This document shows, piece after piece, positions 41,790 to 55,450 of a stretch of 64,000 nucleotides of DNA (its first letter is position 1; every line of letters begins with the position of its first letter). The notes beneath the pieces are model-generated. The model had not been told where the DNA came from and made no database searches. It saw only the letters and a list, made by a program, of their open reading frames with translations. The stretch comes from Octopus vulgaris (lineage: Eukaryota), in assembly GCA_951406725.2 (NCBI GenBank), contig OX597825.1:88784001-88848000 (forward strand), given 5' to 3'. The position numbers were made by a program, and so were the translations under genes.

Positions 41790-43010
41790 GTTATTACGAA
41801 GAACCTCCTCTAATATGTAGCACTTGGTGAAGAATGGAGTTTGATATAGCTACTCTCATTTGCAGTTCTTGCCGTGAGGTAGGTTCATCTGGGACTCTTG
41901 ACAGGAAGATGTCCAGCTTTGATTTAAAAACCGGTACATCTATTTTGTGCGAGTTCCTCAGACTCTTTGGGAGAATATTAAAAAGCTGTGGGCCCTTGAG
42001 ATCAAGGCTGTTGCAGAAGTTGGTCCTGTAGCATGATGGCATTTCTGGGATCTTTGGCACTATGCAGTGTCGTCATGTTCTAGCATTGGTGTAGCTTACA
42101 ATGCCAAAATTTGGCACGATTCTTTCCAGGGTCTTCCAGACATATATTACTGCATACCTCACTGTCTTCTCTCCAGTGAGTAGAGTCTTAGCTGTTTCAA
42201 CATTTCCCAGTAGCTGAGCTGTTGCAAAGAGACGATCTTCTTTGTGAAATTTCTCTGGATTGCTTCAAGGTCCGCTGTTAATTTTACACTGGTGGGTGAC
42301 CATATCTGTGAGCAGTAATCCAGATGGCTGAGGACGAATGTCCGCCAGAGGACCATCATGGTTTCCTTATCTCTGTTTCTGAATTTTCTTAGGATCCACC
42401 CAGCCAGTCGTCTGCACTTTGTCGCCATCCTGGTAATGTGCACTTGGAAAGAGGTATCATCACTCATGTCGATAACCAGGTCCCTCACAGACTTAGGCTC
42501 TGGGATTGAAATTCCTTGTGGACCGGTGTATCCTGTAAGTTTAATATTCAGTTTTGGATGCTGGTAGCGCAGGGCTTGGAATTTTTCAGCATTAAACTGC
42601 ATATTATTGTCCTCAGCCCATCTGTAGATTGAGTCCAACTCCTGCTGCAGGTGTGCAACATTGCTGGGTTCTGTATTTTCTGCGAGACTTTCGTATCGTC
42701 TGCATAGCTGGCCAGAGTGGCTATCCGGGAATTTGAGGGCATATCTGAGAGGGCCACTATAAAAAGCAGTGGTCCCAAGACAGTACCCTGTGGAACACCA
42801 CTCACTATTTGTGTGTTCATAGAGGTGGCTCCATTAACCACTACTGCCTGACTCCTATCTTTCAGGAAGTCATGTAACCACACTCCAAGTTTTCCAGCTA
42901 TGCCGAAGTCATGCAGTTTGTGGCATATCATACCATGATACACCTTGTCAAAAATCAAGGTAGATTACGTCCACATTTGATTTGTTGAGTAACTGCCTCA
43001 ACACCCAGTC
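41790..43010 (-). pseudogene. 5'-truncated, frameshifted CR1-like LINE ORF2 (RT and C-terminus)
   Basis: SGVPQGTVLGPLLF, YADDTK, WAEDNNMQFNAEK, LDYCSQIWSP, LEAIQR, LRLYSLERR, FKSKLDIFL split over three ORFs. Confidence 0.92.
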
Positions 43011-43036
<26 letters not shown>

Positions 43037-43041
<5 letters not shown>

Positions 43042-44495
43042 GATAATACAAAATTTGAGAGGATAATACAAAAGTTATGGATGATATAGTGAGTTACTGC
43101 AAAACCTATGGCAGCCAAAATGATCAGAACGGTTTAAAAAAAAAACAAAATAATCAAAAATGACAGAGAATACTGGAATTATTTAATATTTAGTTTGAAG
43201 CCCTTTAGCTTCAATCACATTCTGACATCTTTGACTGCATGAGGAAATTAAATTTTCAATTTCTTGCTGGGTGATCTTATTCCACTCTTCCTGAAGGGCA
43301 TTCCATAATTGCTCAGTTGTTTTAGGATGTCTGGCCGTTCTCCTAGAATATTCCATACATTTTCAATAGGATTGAGATCTGGGCTTTGAGCAGGCCAATC
43401 CATAACAAAAACCTTTTCAGCCTTGAGGAAGTTCATGACCACCTTAGCCTTGTGACATTGGGCATTGTCCTGCATGAATATGGGTGGTCGCTTTGTTGAA
43501 CTTCTCAGCACAGGCAAGACATGATCTTTTACAAGTTGTTTAAAACTCCTGCATTTACCTTTCCATGTAATTGCACCAAAGGGCCCACACCATCTCCAGA
43601 TATCATCCCCCAAACCATGACACTTCCTCCACCGAATTTAACACTAGTCTTAAGGCATTTAGGCGACAATTTTTCACCTACATTTCTACGAACGTACCTT
43701 TTCCCATCTGAGCCAAATAACATAAACTTAGATTCATCACTGAAATGCACCGTTTGCCATTTTTCTTGAGACCACAACACATGTTCGGTTGCAAAGGTAA
43801 GACGACACTTTTTATTCTTGGAGCTGATCAGTAGCTTCACTGCAGGTGCTCTTGCTTGTAGGTCATGTTCAACTAAACGACGAGACACAGTTTTTCGAGA
43901 TAAAGTTTTCTTCAATACAATGCTCATTTTCCGAGAAACAGCAGCAGCAGTTTTAAATATGTCCTTTTTAACCAACTTTACCATAGCACGATCTTCTCTC
44001 TTGATCGTTTTTCTTGGCCTACCTGTAAACTTTCTTGCTTCACACGAACCACAATCATTGTAGACCTTAAGAATACCGTGTACAACACTTTTTGACTTGT
44101 TAACAATCTTTGCAATACTTAAATTATCCTTCCTTCGAAGCTTAATAATCTGCTGACGAATTGGTAACGGAGTAAGTGGCATTATATTAACAAAGTACAC
44201 TGCAAATATTCTTACTAATGTTTAGTAAACGAACCGTCACGTAAACAAATTCAAAACGTTAGAGTTCGCCGGTTAAATATACTAAAACACGGAGTAAAAG
44301 CAACCGTTTTGATCATTTTGGCCATCCATAACTTTTGTATTATCCTCTCAAATTACACCAAAATCTCAGGCAATAGCAAATAATATCGTATGTTTTTGTC
44401 TGTGTAAATTATAGAATATAAAACAACTTTGATAAAAAATTATATCTACTTTTCTGACGAAAACACCGCCGTTCTGAACATTTTGTCCGCCACTG
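43037..44495 (-). mobile_element. Tc1 (DD34E) transposon with IR/DR-type long TIRs; left TIR truncated
   Basis: Right end rc TA-CAGTGGCGGACAAAATGTTCAGAACGG; inner repeats GCCAAAATGATCA(G/A)AACGG at both sides; ATTTGAGAGGATAATACAAAAGTTATGGATG mirrored at 44323-44353. Confidence 0.92.
43185..44182 (-). pseudogene. Tc1 transposase, frameshifted
   Basis: FSDESKF, VKFGGGSVMVWG, MQDNA..(34 aa)..WPAQSPDLNPIE split across ORFs 43529..44200 and 43248..43613. Confidence 0.92.
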
Positions 44496-44501
44496 TATAT
44501 A

Positions 44502-44571
<70 letters not shown>

Positions 44572-44673
44572 GTTAATCCAAACAAGAAAACAAAAACAAA
44601 AAAAAACAACAACGCAAGGACGTGGAACAAATAGAGTATTATTGGACGCTCAGGAAAGAAGGGATGAAGGAGG

Positions 44674-44708
44674 GCTTGACGTTTCGAGCGGAGCTCTTCG
44701 TCGGAAAC
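44674..44708 (-). ncRNA. Minimal type I hammerhead motif (CCGACGA core, GUC site) in the Penelope-like fragment 44570-44747
   Basis: Minus strand GTTT-CCGACGA-A-GAGC-TCC-GCTC-GAAAC-GTC-AAGC. Confidence 0.65.
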
Positions 44709-44745
44709 ATAGGAGAAGGAAAGATCCCGAGAAGGGAAGAAAGGG

Positions 44746-44829
<84 letters not shown>

Positions 44830-44832
44830 GAA

Positions 44833-45035
44833 GGCGGCGAGCTGGCAGAAGCGTTCGCGCGCCGGGCGAAATGCTAAGCGGTATTTCGTCTATCGTTACG
44901 TTCTGAGTTCAAATTCATCCTTTCGGGGTCCATAGATAAAGTACCAGCTTCACACTGGGGTCGATGTAATCGACTTAATCCCTTTGTCTGTCCCTATTTG
45001 TCCCCTCTATGTTTAGCCCCTTTTGGGCAATAAAG

Positions 45036-45038
<3 letters not shown>
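44833..45038 (+). mobile_element. tRNA-derived SINE with internal deletion
   Basis: GGCGGCGAGCTGGCAGAA head and ..AGCCCCTTTTGGGCAATAAAGAAAT tail. Confidence 0.9.
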
Positions 45039-45070
<32 letters not shown>

Positions 45071-45094
45071 CATACATACATACACACATATATA

Positions 45095-45335
45095 TCACCG
45101 TGACCGACCAGGCTATCAGATGTTGCTACACATCGCTGGTCACAATGCGCTTCGCATTGTTTTAGCCTTCAAATGACGCCACCTCGCTGGCTAAGCGAGC
45201 ATGCCTACAAAAGAAAGAGTGAGCTCTAGGTTTTCTCGCTCAATAAACACTCACAACGCTCGGTCTGGGAATCGAAACTGCTATCCTACAACTGCGAGTC
45301 CGCTGCTCTAACCACTGGGCCATTGCGCCTCCACA
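45095..45335 (-). mobile_element. tRNA-derived SINE (second family)
   Basis: Head homologous to 21000-21107. Confidence 0.8.
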
Positions 45336-45784
45336 CACAGACACACACACACATATATAATAAATTAATAAATAAAACATATGCATCTGTTCGGCTTAAC
45401 AGCCCTTTTGTCTTGTTATTCTCCTTGCCCTGTCTTTTACTGTTTATATTTTGTACTGTCGTTACTGTCCTGTTTTTGTTACCATTTTTACCCCTCCGCA
45501 AAAAGATCTCAAATTTTATTTAATTTGCTTTTCGCAGGAAGGAAAGTTTCTATCGAAGATGCGTATCGCCTTCACCTTCGAAACGCAGAGTAGATGAAAC
45601 CATGGTGACTGAAGAAGGGGAATTGTCCTTGTGTTATTTGTCCTGTACTCTATTTTTTCGTTGTTTATGAAAACTGTCCAGTTCCTTGGTTTTGTGTTTA
45701 TGTTTTCGTTTCTCATTGTGTTCGACATTTTTTCGGTGTCCTGTACCCATATATGCGTGTATATATACATGTAGAGGTAGGTAC

Positions 45785-45854
<70 letters not shown>

Positions 45855-46680
45855 ATACAAATATGCATAAATACACATTTATATTATATAGTGTGCGTGT
45901 GTTTGCATATATGTAAGTATAATTATATAAATGTGTGTATGCTCGCGTGCGCGTGATTTATAGGACGGTCGTACATCACAAATCGCCTTGCTAAAATCAC
46001 CTTTACTAATACTCAGCTTGTTGTGAATAATTGGAGCCTCAGGTTTCTATATAATGAACATACATTAAATAAATATGAATATTATAGGAAAACCCGGTTA
46101 TTGAATCAAAGTGTTATTATGAGTTACTTTTGAGAGATTACCTTACGTTTCGCTCACAGTGATGTAAATACAGAAGTAAAGTGGTGAATATGTAAGCATA
46201 AAGGTGTGTAGAATATTTCAGTAGCAACGGAATATATATAATTTCTCACGTAAACAATGTTTGCAGGAATTTGAAGAAAGATTCAATGTACATAAATATT
46301 GATACAATTATTAAATTATAAATGAACCTAATCCTCCTTGCTTCTAAAGTCAGTCATGTCCGTAGAGATTTGTCTCAAGTTTATTTTCAAAAACAACTCA
46401 TTAATGACATTATTCCTTGTTTCTATGAGACGACAGCCAAAAACAACTAAAATCAACAACAGACAATTATACAGAAATTTAATCACTTTTTAGACACCTA
46501 ATTACTGTGTATTATTTCCGTAGGCATCTTAATATTCTTGTTAATAAACACATAATTCTTAATAACCATTTTAATGACAACGGCATTGTTCTCTAAAATC
46601 ATAACTGTCCTCATTTTATTGAATGCCAAACACTTACCAATGCTTCGAAAATACAAGACAATTTCTAAAATTTCATTTTC

Positions 46681-46740
<60 letters not shown>

Positions 46741-46896
46741 TTCTGTAGTAAAAAGATTGCTTCCCTACAACATGCTTTCTGGTTTAGTGTCAGAGCTTGA
46801 CACTTTGGGCAAATGTGTTCTGTCGAAACCAAGGGCCAGCAGCAGTATTGTGAGGGATATGCCTGATGGAAAGTAAAAGAATCAGCTTGTACGTGT

Positions 46897-46938
<42 letters not shown>

Positions 46939-47049
46939 GCATGTATGTATGTATATATATATATATATATATGTAGGTCCCGGGTAGAGTCGGGGTTAAC
47001 CACAGTAAATAAGGTACTCAATACATAGCAGAGTAAATAAATTTATTTT

Positions 47050-47335
47050 ATAGAAAGAGCTTCTACAGGACTAGAACTGTTTCATTCAAAAGAAATCTAC
47101 AGGAAGCTAGGTGACAAGAGTAGTTTTGGCATTTATACATTTAGGCAGGTTTAAAGGGGTGGTGGTGGGGGACTTTTTTGGGGTAGGCATGGCGCAAACT
47201 ATCATTCTTAGGGGAGTGGTCAAAGGAATCGGTGGTAAAGTAGATAAAAGAATAAATAAAAGAATAAATAGAAAAATAGAGTTTTAGGTAAATAAGGAGA
47301 CTCTCACTTATACATATACATATATATATATATAC

Positions 47336-47366
<31 letters not shown>

Positions 47367-47647
47367 CACACACATGTACATATACACATACACACACACA
47401 CATACACATATGTATACATATACATACATACATATACACACATAAACATACATACACATATACATATATACACATACACATACGTACACATACACACATA
47501 CACTCATATACACATGTACATATGTACCCATATACATGTATCTACGTACACGCCCATACCCATACTCATACATACACGTATATATGTCTACACACATATA
47601 TATATAAAAGGGGATATACACCACCATACACACACGCTTCCATATCC

Positions 47648-47678
<31 letters not shown>

Positions 47679-47733
47679 TATACACACACCCATATACACA
47701 TATATATACATACATGCACAAACATACCTATAC

Positions 47734-47782
<49 letters not shown>

Positions 47783-48503
47783 TATATATATACACACACA
47801 CATACATATGCATATACATGCACACACATACACACACATTTAATTTTATTTTTATTTTTTACTTTTGTTTTTGTTTTTATTTTTATCTTGACCTCGGCCA
47901 TATATATATATGGATATGGGAGCGTGTGTGTATGGGGGTGTATATCCACTTTTATATATATGTGTGTGTAGACATATATAAGTGTATGTATGAGTATGGG
48001 TATGGGCGTGTACGTAGATACATGTATATGGGTACATATGTACATGTGTATATGAGTGTATGTGTGTATGTGTACGTATGTGTATGGGTATCTATGTATA
48101 TGTGTATGTATGTATATGTGTGTATATGTATGTATGTATATGTATACATATGTGTATGTGTGTGTGTGTATGTGTATATGTACATGTGTGTATATATATA
48201 TACATATACATATATGTATATATATATATATGTATATGTATAAGTGAGAGTCTCCTTATTTACCTAAAACTCTATTTTTCTATTTATTCTTTTATTTATT
48301 ATTTTATCTACTTTACCACCGATTCCTTTGACCACTCCCCTAAGAATGATAGTTTGCGCCATGCATACCCCAAAAAATTCCCCCACCACCACCCCTTTAA
48401 ACCTGCCTAAATGTATAAATGCCAAAACTACTCTTGTCACCTAGCTTCCTGATGATTTCTTTTGAATGAAACAGTTCTAGTCCTGTTGAAGCTCCTTCTA
48501 TAC
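47050..48503. repeat. ~600 bp inverted repeat (47050-47660 / 47900-48503) of a microsatellite-rich Penelope-like fragment
   Basis: Mirrored ORFs ending [31 protein letters not shown] on both strands. Confidence 0.9.
48443..48493 (+). ncRNA. Type I hammerhead ribozyme motif; the mirrored copy at 47058-47108 (-) has a CTGTAGA core
   Basis: AGCTTC-CTGATGA-T-TTC-TTTT-GAA-T-GAAA-CAG-TTCTAGTC-CTG-TT-GAAGCT: 6 bp stem I, ACAG/CTGT stem III, weak stem II. Confidence 0.7.
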
Positions 48504-48545
48504 AATAAAAAAAAAAATATATATATATATACATACATATACGTG

Positions 48546-48610
<65 letters not shown>

Positions 48611-48615
48611 GTATG

Positions 48616-48676
<61 letters not shown>

Positions 48677-48682
48677 GTGTGC

Positions 48683-48736
<54 letters not shown>

Positions 48737-48929
48737 GAAATTTATAGTAAAAGAAAAGACGAAGACAGGTGTATAAACAACAAGCAGGTGTAGTAGTTTG
48801 GCGCTCGGGTGGGTGAGAATGTCCTTTATTTTTCGAGCCTACGCTCTTAAACAGAATGGAGCACTATGATTCAAATAGAGATTAAAAAAGAAAAACTTGT
48901 GGATTTAGCGGTCAATCATGGCGACTGTA

Positions 48930-48930
48930 T

Positions 48931-48970
<40 letters not shown>

Positions 48971-48971
48971 T

Positions 48972-49038
<67 letters not shown>

Positions 49039-49039
49039 T

Positions 49040-49091
<52 letters not shown>

Positions 49092-49115
49092 AAGATAGAT
49101 AGATAGATGTGTGTA

Positions 49116-49150
<35 letters not shown>
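48930..49150. repeat. (AGAT)n and (AG)n microsatellites
   Basis: Direct reading. Confidence 0.95.
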
Positions 49151-49152
<2 letters not shown>

Positions 49153-49627
49153 GTGTGAGTTTGAGTGATCTACCTATGGTTGGACAGGATGCAGTTTGTG
49201 CCTCACTCACTAGATGATGGGGCTAGAATCATTAGTAACACCCTACCTAGACAGCAAAGATCCCCCAACATCCTGCCCAACCATGTGGTACCACAAATAC
49301 TGATTGGGATTTCTATTTGCATTGCTAATATTTCAATACCCATATCAACAACTGAATGTGGCCCGTCTTGTCTAATAGCAGCCCAATTTCCAGTAGCCAT
49401 CTTGAACTTTGACTAATTCTACATTCGGAAGTCTAAATCTGAGGAGCTAGGTTCGTTCTTGGAGCCTACAAAATTTTAAGCTGCATAGAGCCAAATCAAA
49501 CTCTTATTGGATTATAATACATTCAACGTCTAAGAAATGTATTAAGTGCAGCTTTCTCTCGCTTTATTCGTCTCCATGCCTTGAAGTTACGTTAAGGTCT
49601 GGGAACGATCCTGGCACGCCAGGGGCC

Positions 49628-49965
49628 GGCGTGGCTGTGTGGTACTGCCTATCATCTTGGGCAAGTATCTTCTACTCTGGCCGACCAAAGCCTTGTGGGT
49701 GGAAAGAAGCCCGTCGTGTATGCGTGTGCGTGTGCGTGTGCGTATGTGTGTGTGTGAGTGTGTGTGTTTTTCTTCCTTCACCGCCTCTTGATAACCGGCG
49801 TTGATATATTTACGTCTCCGTAACTTAGCGGTTCGGTAGAATAAGTACCAGGTTTAAAAAATTATGTCCTGACGTCGATTCATTCGACTACATTTATTCA
49901 AGAGTAGCCCCAGCTTGGCCGCAGTCTAATGACTGAAACAAGTAAAAGATAAACTATAAAAGATA
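49628..49965 (+). mobile_element. tRNA-derived SINE with internal (TG)n
   Basis: GGCGTGGCTGTGTGGTA head, TTGGGCAAGT CORE-like segment, ..GACTGAAACAAGTAAAAGATAAA tail. Confidence 0.8.
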
Positions 49966-50534
49966 AATGTGTGTGAAAGAAATTCAGACGCTGGAGATAA
50001 GAATGTTTCAAAAGAAATCATTTTTCTATTCCAGTTCAAAGATTACGAATCTTTACAAATCTGTTTCAATTAACAGCTTAGAAATGATTTGTTATAGAAA
50101 TAAAGTTTTCGCTCAGCGATTGACTCGTTACAGAAAGTCTATAAGGACACGGTGTTGGGGGAAGAATGACGAGAAGAATATGATGTGGGTATAATTTGTG
50201 CATTTAAAGAGTGAAAATTCTTTTTAAATCCGCTTTCGCAATGTTTCTGTGCGTAGAATGCAAGGGGCGTAGTTCATTGAGCGAACTCATAACAAACTCA
50301 TTACAAACGGAAGCTCAGCCGTTGTTCAGCTAATGTAAGAAAAGGGAACATTTGATCACTTGAAATATTTTCTAACAATTACGTATATGTTCCTATTTTA
50401 AAGCGGTTGGAAAGAGAATTTCATTAAATGAATTTTCAAATTTTTTTATAAAAAGCACTGGGAGTCTCAAAACGAAATGAACATAATTTTCGTTAAGAAA
50501 ATGAATTGTTTGATATTTTTAGATTAAGCTTCTG

Positions 50535-50745
50535 GTTCAAATTTTGACACAAGGCCAGTAATTTGAGGTAAGGGCTTGGCTGATTGCAGTGACCCCTAGT
50601 ACTCAATTGGTACTTGTTTTATTGACCCTGAAAGATTGAAAGGCAATGTTGACCTCGGCAGAATTTTAATTCAGAATGAAAAGAGCCGGACGAAATCACG
50701 CTAAGCATTTTGTCCGGTGCACTGGCGTTTCTGCTAGCTCACTGC
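50535..50745 (-). mobile_element. Degenerate tRNA-derived SINE
   Basis: Reverse complement of the 29884 family. Confidence 0.75.
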
Positions 50746-52092
50746 ATTAAGCTTCTGAAAATATTGGTCGGCATTAAGTTATCTGTTTCTCTCTCATTAT
50801 GTTTCCATTGATATGACATTTAAAGTATTTGAGGTCGTTTAATACGTTTCCAATCAATTTCTCCATCGATAAATAGGTGTTTCACACCATGGACTCTTTG
50901 GAAAATTATAATTTGTTCACTTTTCTTATGGTTTTATAAAAAAATAAATCTTTATTACTAGTGAGAGATTACATCCTTTTATTTTATTGGTCAATACGAA
51001 GATATTTCGAGCAACACCTCATTTCTGATACGTGTATTTTATTAACTTTTGCAAAAGGATCTAAAATTCGAAACTTGATTCGATGGAATATGCTTTGAAA
51101 AATAGTTATTTGACTTCACTAGTGACCAGATAAGGCATTAATTATTGCATGATGAAGAGACATGAATATAAAAGCTGACAGTATTTATTACATTAAATGC
51201 AAAGGAATGCATTATTACTAAATATTTTAGCGTAAGAAATTGCAGATCTTGATAATATCCACAAGATCTTGAAACAATTTCAAGTTAAAGTTAACATTTC
51301 AATAATACAAACTCTTGAAGTACAGAAATAATCGCTGGAATGAAACAGAGACGCACTAAAATAACGTTGTTAAGTTCTGTCTAGAAAGAAAACATGAAGG
51401 CGACCTAAAACCCAAATTACTTCAATCATATAAAGAGAGCTATTGAAGTAAGCTACTCTAATGTGAAACACGACACATTAGTATGACAGAAGTAAAAAAA
51501 ATATCGATATTAATGTAGAATATTATCATATTAAGATAGCTATTATCATTCAACTATTATGTTTCCGTTTAAGAAAGAATATCTGAGGGGGCGATGTCTT
51601 GTCATAATAGACATCCCAAAGATAGTTAGAAAGCAGAACATGAACTTTAAAAAAGAAAAGGCTCGGTAAGATATGAACAACAAGGCGACTTCATAAATCT
51701 GTTAGAAGCAATCACAAATATCTCTTAGGAATAAAAACACAGAATATAAATATGAGTAGAAGATCAAGAAAAGAATTGTGAAAGAACTATTATTCTCTCC
51801 TGTGACATCAAAGACTAATTTTATTGTTTGGAAACGTAATTTACGTTTAAATGGTAAGGACTTGGGACTAATATTATGTTGTATATACACTGAATGAGAA
51901 CAGCTATGTGTACACACACACACACACACACACACACTTATATACATACATACATACATACATACATACATACATACATACATACATACATACACATGTA
52001 TATATATAACATAAATATATGTATGTATATATAGATATATATATATAGATATATATATACACATATGTATTTGTAAATCCATACATGCATCC

Positions 52093-52130
<38 letters not shown>

Positions 52131-52235
52131 TTGTATAAAGATATGTGAATATAGATGTGTATATATATATATATATATACATATATTTATGTGTTATATA
52201 TATGTATAGCACTGTATACACACGTATAAGAACGA

Positions 52236-52287
<52 letters not shown>

Positions 52288-52946
52288 CACAATTCAGATT
52301 CACCTGTATTAGGTACTTAAGTTAAAGCAATATCAGGTGGATATCAAACTCTGTGCAGGAATACTTGCACTTGATATTCTTGCAGTGTATGCAGACAACA
52401 GGACTCAACTTAGTAGGGGATGTCCGCTCGTGGTTGTTTAGACATGTTCTTTATATAAAAAAAATATTTTCTGTAATATTTCCGAATTGCAGAATCCAAA
52501 GTAGGTGAATAATATATATGAATATAGAAATGGAACAAAAACGCAATAGAAGACAATAAAAACATTCGGAGATACAAGACGATACAAAAGTGGACAAGAG
52601 AAACAACAATTAAAAGGACAAGCAAAAAAGACGAGCCATTCGTGGCCTTCATTCCTCAGTTAGGTTCCAGTCGTCACGACCAATTTGGAGCAGTAACATT
52701 TGAGATGGTCCGATCTGGTTGCCCCCACTCCCCACAGAAATCTAAGCTAAGAGCATTAGACCCCTTTGTAAGAAAGCTAGCGAATGTGTACAAAGGCAAA
52801 ACAACCGGATAACATGGTACACAATTACGAATACAAGCAAGAAATAACAACAGGTGTCTATAAATAGATAATCAGTCATCTTAAGAATGTCATCATTAGC
52901 CTACAGCTGTTTCTCATTCATATTTGAATATATATGGTCCACTAGT

Positions 52947-53445
52947 CTTGCCAAGCTGGAGAAGAAAGATTCGCTCCATTACTCACAGGCTTTGTGTCGT
53001 GAACCAGCTGGAAAGGACGTTTGCCTGGGGCTAAAATGTAGTAACACAGTTGTGCATAGAACTGCCATGTGATAGTGGCAAAAAAATGTTACCGTCTAGT
53101 ATTGGCACAACTTATATCTCGTTTAGAGATTTTAGAACTAGCTACTTTGCTTGTTACGAGATCAGCGACTCTCTGCCGCTTTTCTGTTTATATATAGTGA
53201 GTAGGGATGATTGGCTGCCATCTCTAGCAGGCAGGTATCATGTAGCAATAACGGGTAAAGACCCAAACATTATGGTCTGCTGGTCTTGCCAAGATGGAGG
53301 CGAGTGATTCGCTCCCTTAATCAAAATAAATCGGACACAGGTTGTGTGTAGTTAATCGCCTGGTAAAGACGTTTTCCTAAGTTTTAAAATGTAGTAACAT
53401 AGTTCTGTATTGAACAGCCACATTATAGTAGCAAAATATGTTACT
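52947..53445. repeat. Degenerate direct repeat, period ~337 bp (about 1.5 units)
   Basis: TCTTGCCAAG.TGGAG..GATTCGCTCC..AAAATGTAGTAACA.AGTT..TGTTAC occurs at ~52947 and ~53284. Confidence 0.7.
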
Positions 53446-54625
53446 CTCTCTATACGTGCGTGTGTGTGTGCGTGTGTGTGTGCGTGTGTGTGTGTCTCTA
53501 TGTGTTGTTCTTGTCTCCCACTACTGCTTGTCATTTCACAGTGCAAAAAATCCTCCATCTCCCTGTCAAATTGATCACTTAAAATAGTTTTGTGAATTGT
53601 GGGAAATATGACTGCTTTTTTTAGCATGGTTTCAGATCCCGCAAGAGATCTCACCTTCGCTTGTGTATTATTATTACTTATATTAAAGGAATCTTAACAT
53701 ACTTTAAATACTGTAGAAACCTTCAATATTTACGGCGCAATACACTCATTACAGTTCACGTTCAACAACGATCGGCCACAGATCTTTTTGGGTGTTTCTG
53801 CAAAAGGTTTCAGCCGGCGTTTTCTTTTCCTCCATTTCCTAATTCAATATAATGCCAGGATCGGTTTTCAGTCAGTATTTTAGCTTCAAAAAAGTCTCAT
53901 GAATATATTTGTGTTGACTGAGTTTATGTAGTCTGTAATTTGGTGCCCTGTGTGACAAGTCCTTATTTTCAATGTTGGGAAGTTACGAACGGGAATTAGT
54001 TCCTTTGCTCCATTTTACACATCCACTTTCTGCTGGAATTTCATTGGTTCCTGCACACACACATTAATAATTTATTGAACCTTTTTACTGAAGATTTAAT
54101 TATTGTAGAGACACGAGTTTGGAGAAATTATAGTGCGGCAAACGAAAGTGCGTTTAGTTATGTGGATAGCGTATTTCGCAGCCTACAAGTAAAACATATT
54201 GTAGTATTTAGCAATGGTTCCTCAGATCTTGAATTGAAATCAGGAAAAGGTCAGCTACTCCTTTCACCCTTATGGAGTCGATAAAAGCAAAGCTGGTCAA
54301 AGGCTGGCATCGATCTTATCGACTTTGTATTTACTCAAAGTCTACGAATGCTTGAATCAATATTTACAGTAAAATATGTGCAGAAACCCAATCTGGATTG
54401 ACTTCCGCTATTTATACGAACGAACCGATAAAATATGCATTGGTAACGCACTGAAGATATATCAAACGAGTAAACTTCTATTTAAACAAACACAAATACT
54501 ATCTTTGCGCTTTTTCAAACGAATATTTTATTGTAATAACAGTGATATTATGGTACTTACTTTGCCGTATGCCTGATAATTACAAACCTCTTTATAAGCT
54601 GTTGACAGTGTTTCTACGCAGGATT

Positions 54626-54856
54626 AAGGCGGCGAGCTGGCAGAAACGTTAACACGCCGGGCGAAATGCGTATCCGTATTTCGTCTGCCGTTACGTTCTG
54701 AGTTCAAATTCCGCCGAGGTCGACTTTGCCTTTCATCCTTTCGGGATCGATAAATTAAGTACCAGTTACACACTGGAGTCGATGTATCGACTTGATCCGT
54801 TTGTCTGTCCTTGTTTGTCCTCTCTGTGTTTAGTCCCTTGTGGGTAGTAAAGAAAT
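54626..54856 (+). mobile_element. Full-length tRNA-derived SINE, co-inserted with an inverted copy of local DNA inside a 19 bp TSD
   Basis: AGTGTTTCTACGCAGGATT at 54607-54625 and 54975-54993. Confidence 0.9.
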
Positions 54857-55362
54857 GCGATCCTGGCATTATATTCAATTAGGAAATGGAGGAAAAGAAA
54901 ACGCCGACTGAAACCTTTTGTAGAAACACCCAAAAAGATCTGTGGCCGATCGTTGTTGAACGTGAACTGTAATGAGTGTTTCTACGCAGGATTGAAACTA
55001 TGTCCGTTTACCGCCAATGCTGTGCGAAAGCCTCTGACATTCTGACATATATTAATACATTCGCAATATATATGAATTATTTCAAAATAATTTATTTTGA
55101 ATTTTGAAAAGAAATATCTTTCTATATTTCATTATTCTGATCTATATTTTTATCTATACTCTACTATGTCTATATATCTAAATATTTATTTGTCCATGCA
55201 TATTTCTGTTTGCATTCGTATATTTTTATATTTCTATATCTTTATATTGCGAATGTATTAATACCTGTTTTAGATTAGACAAATCTATCATAATTAAATC
55301 CGTATATATACGTATCAAACGTCCTCTGCCTGATTTGAACCTCTTCTCTGTATCTCTTATAC

Positions 55363-55450
<88 letters not shown>

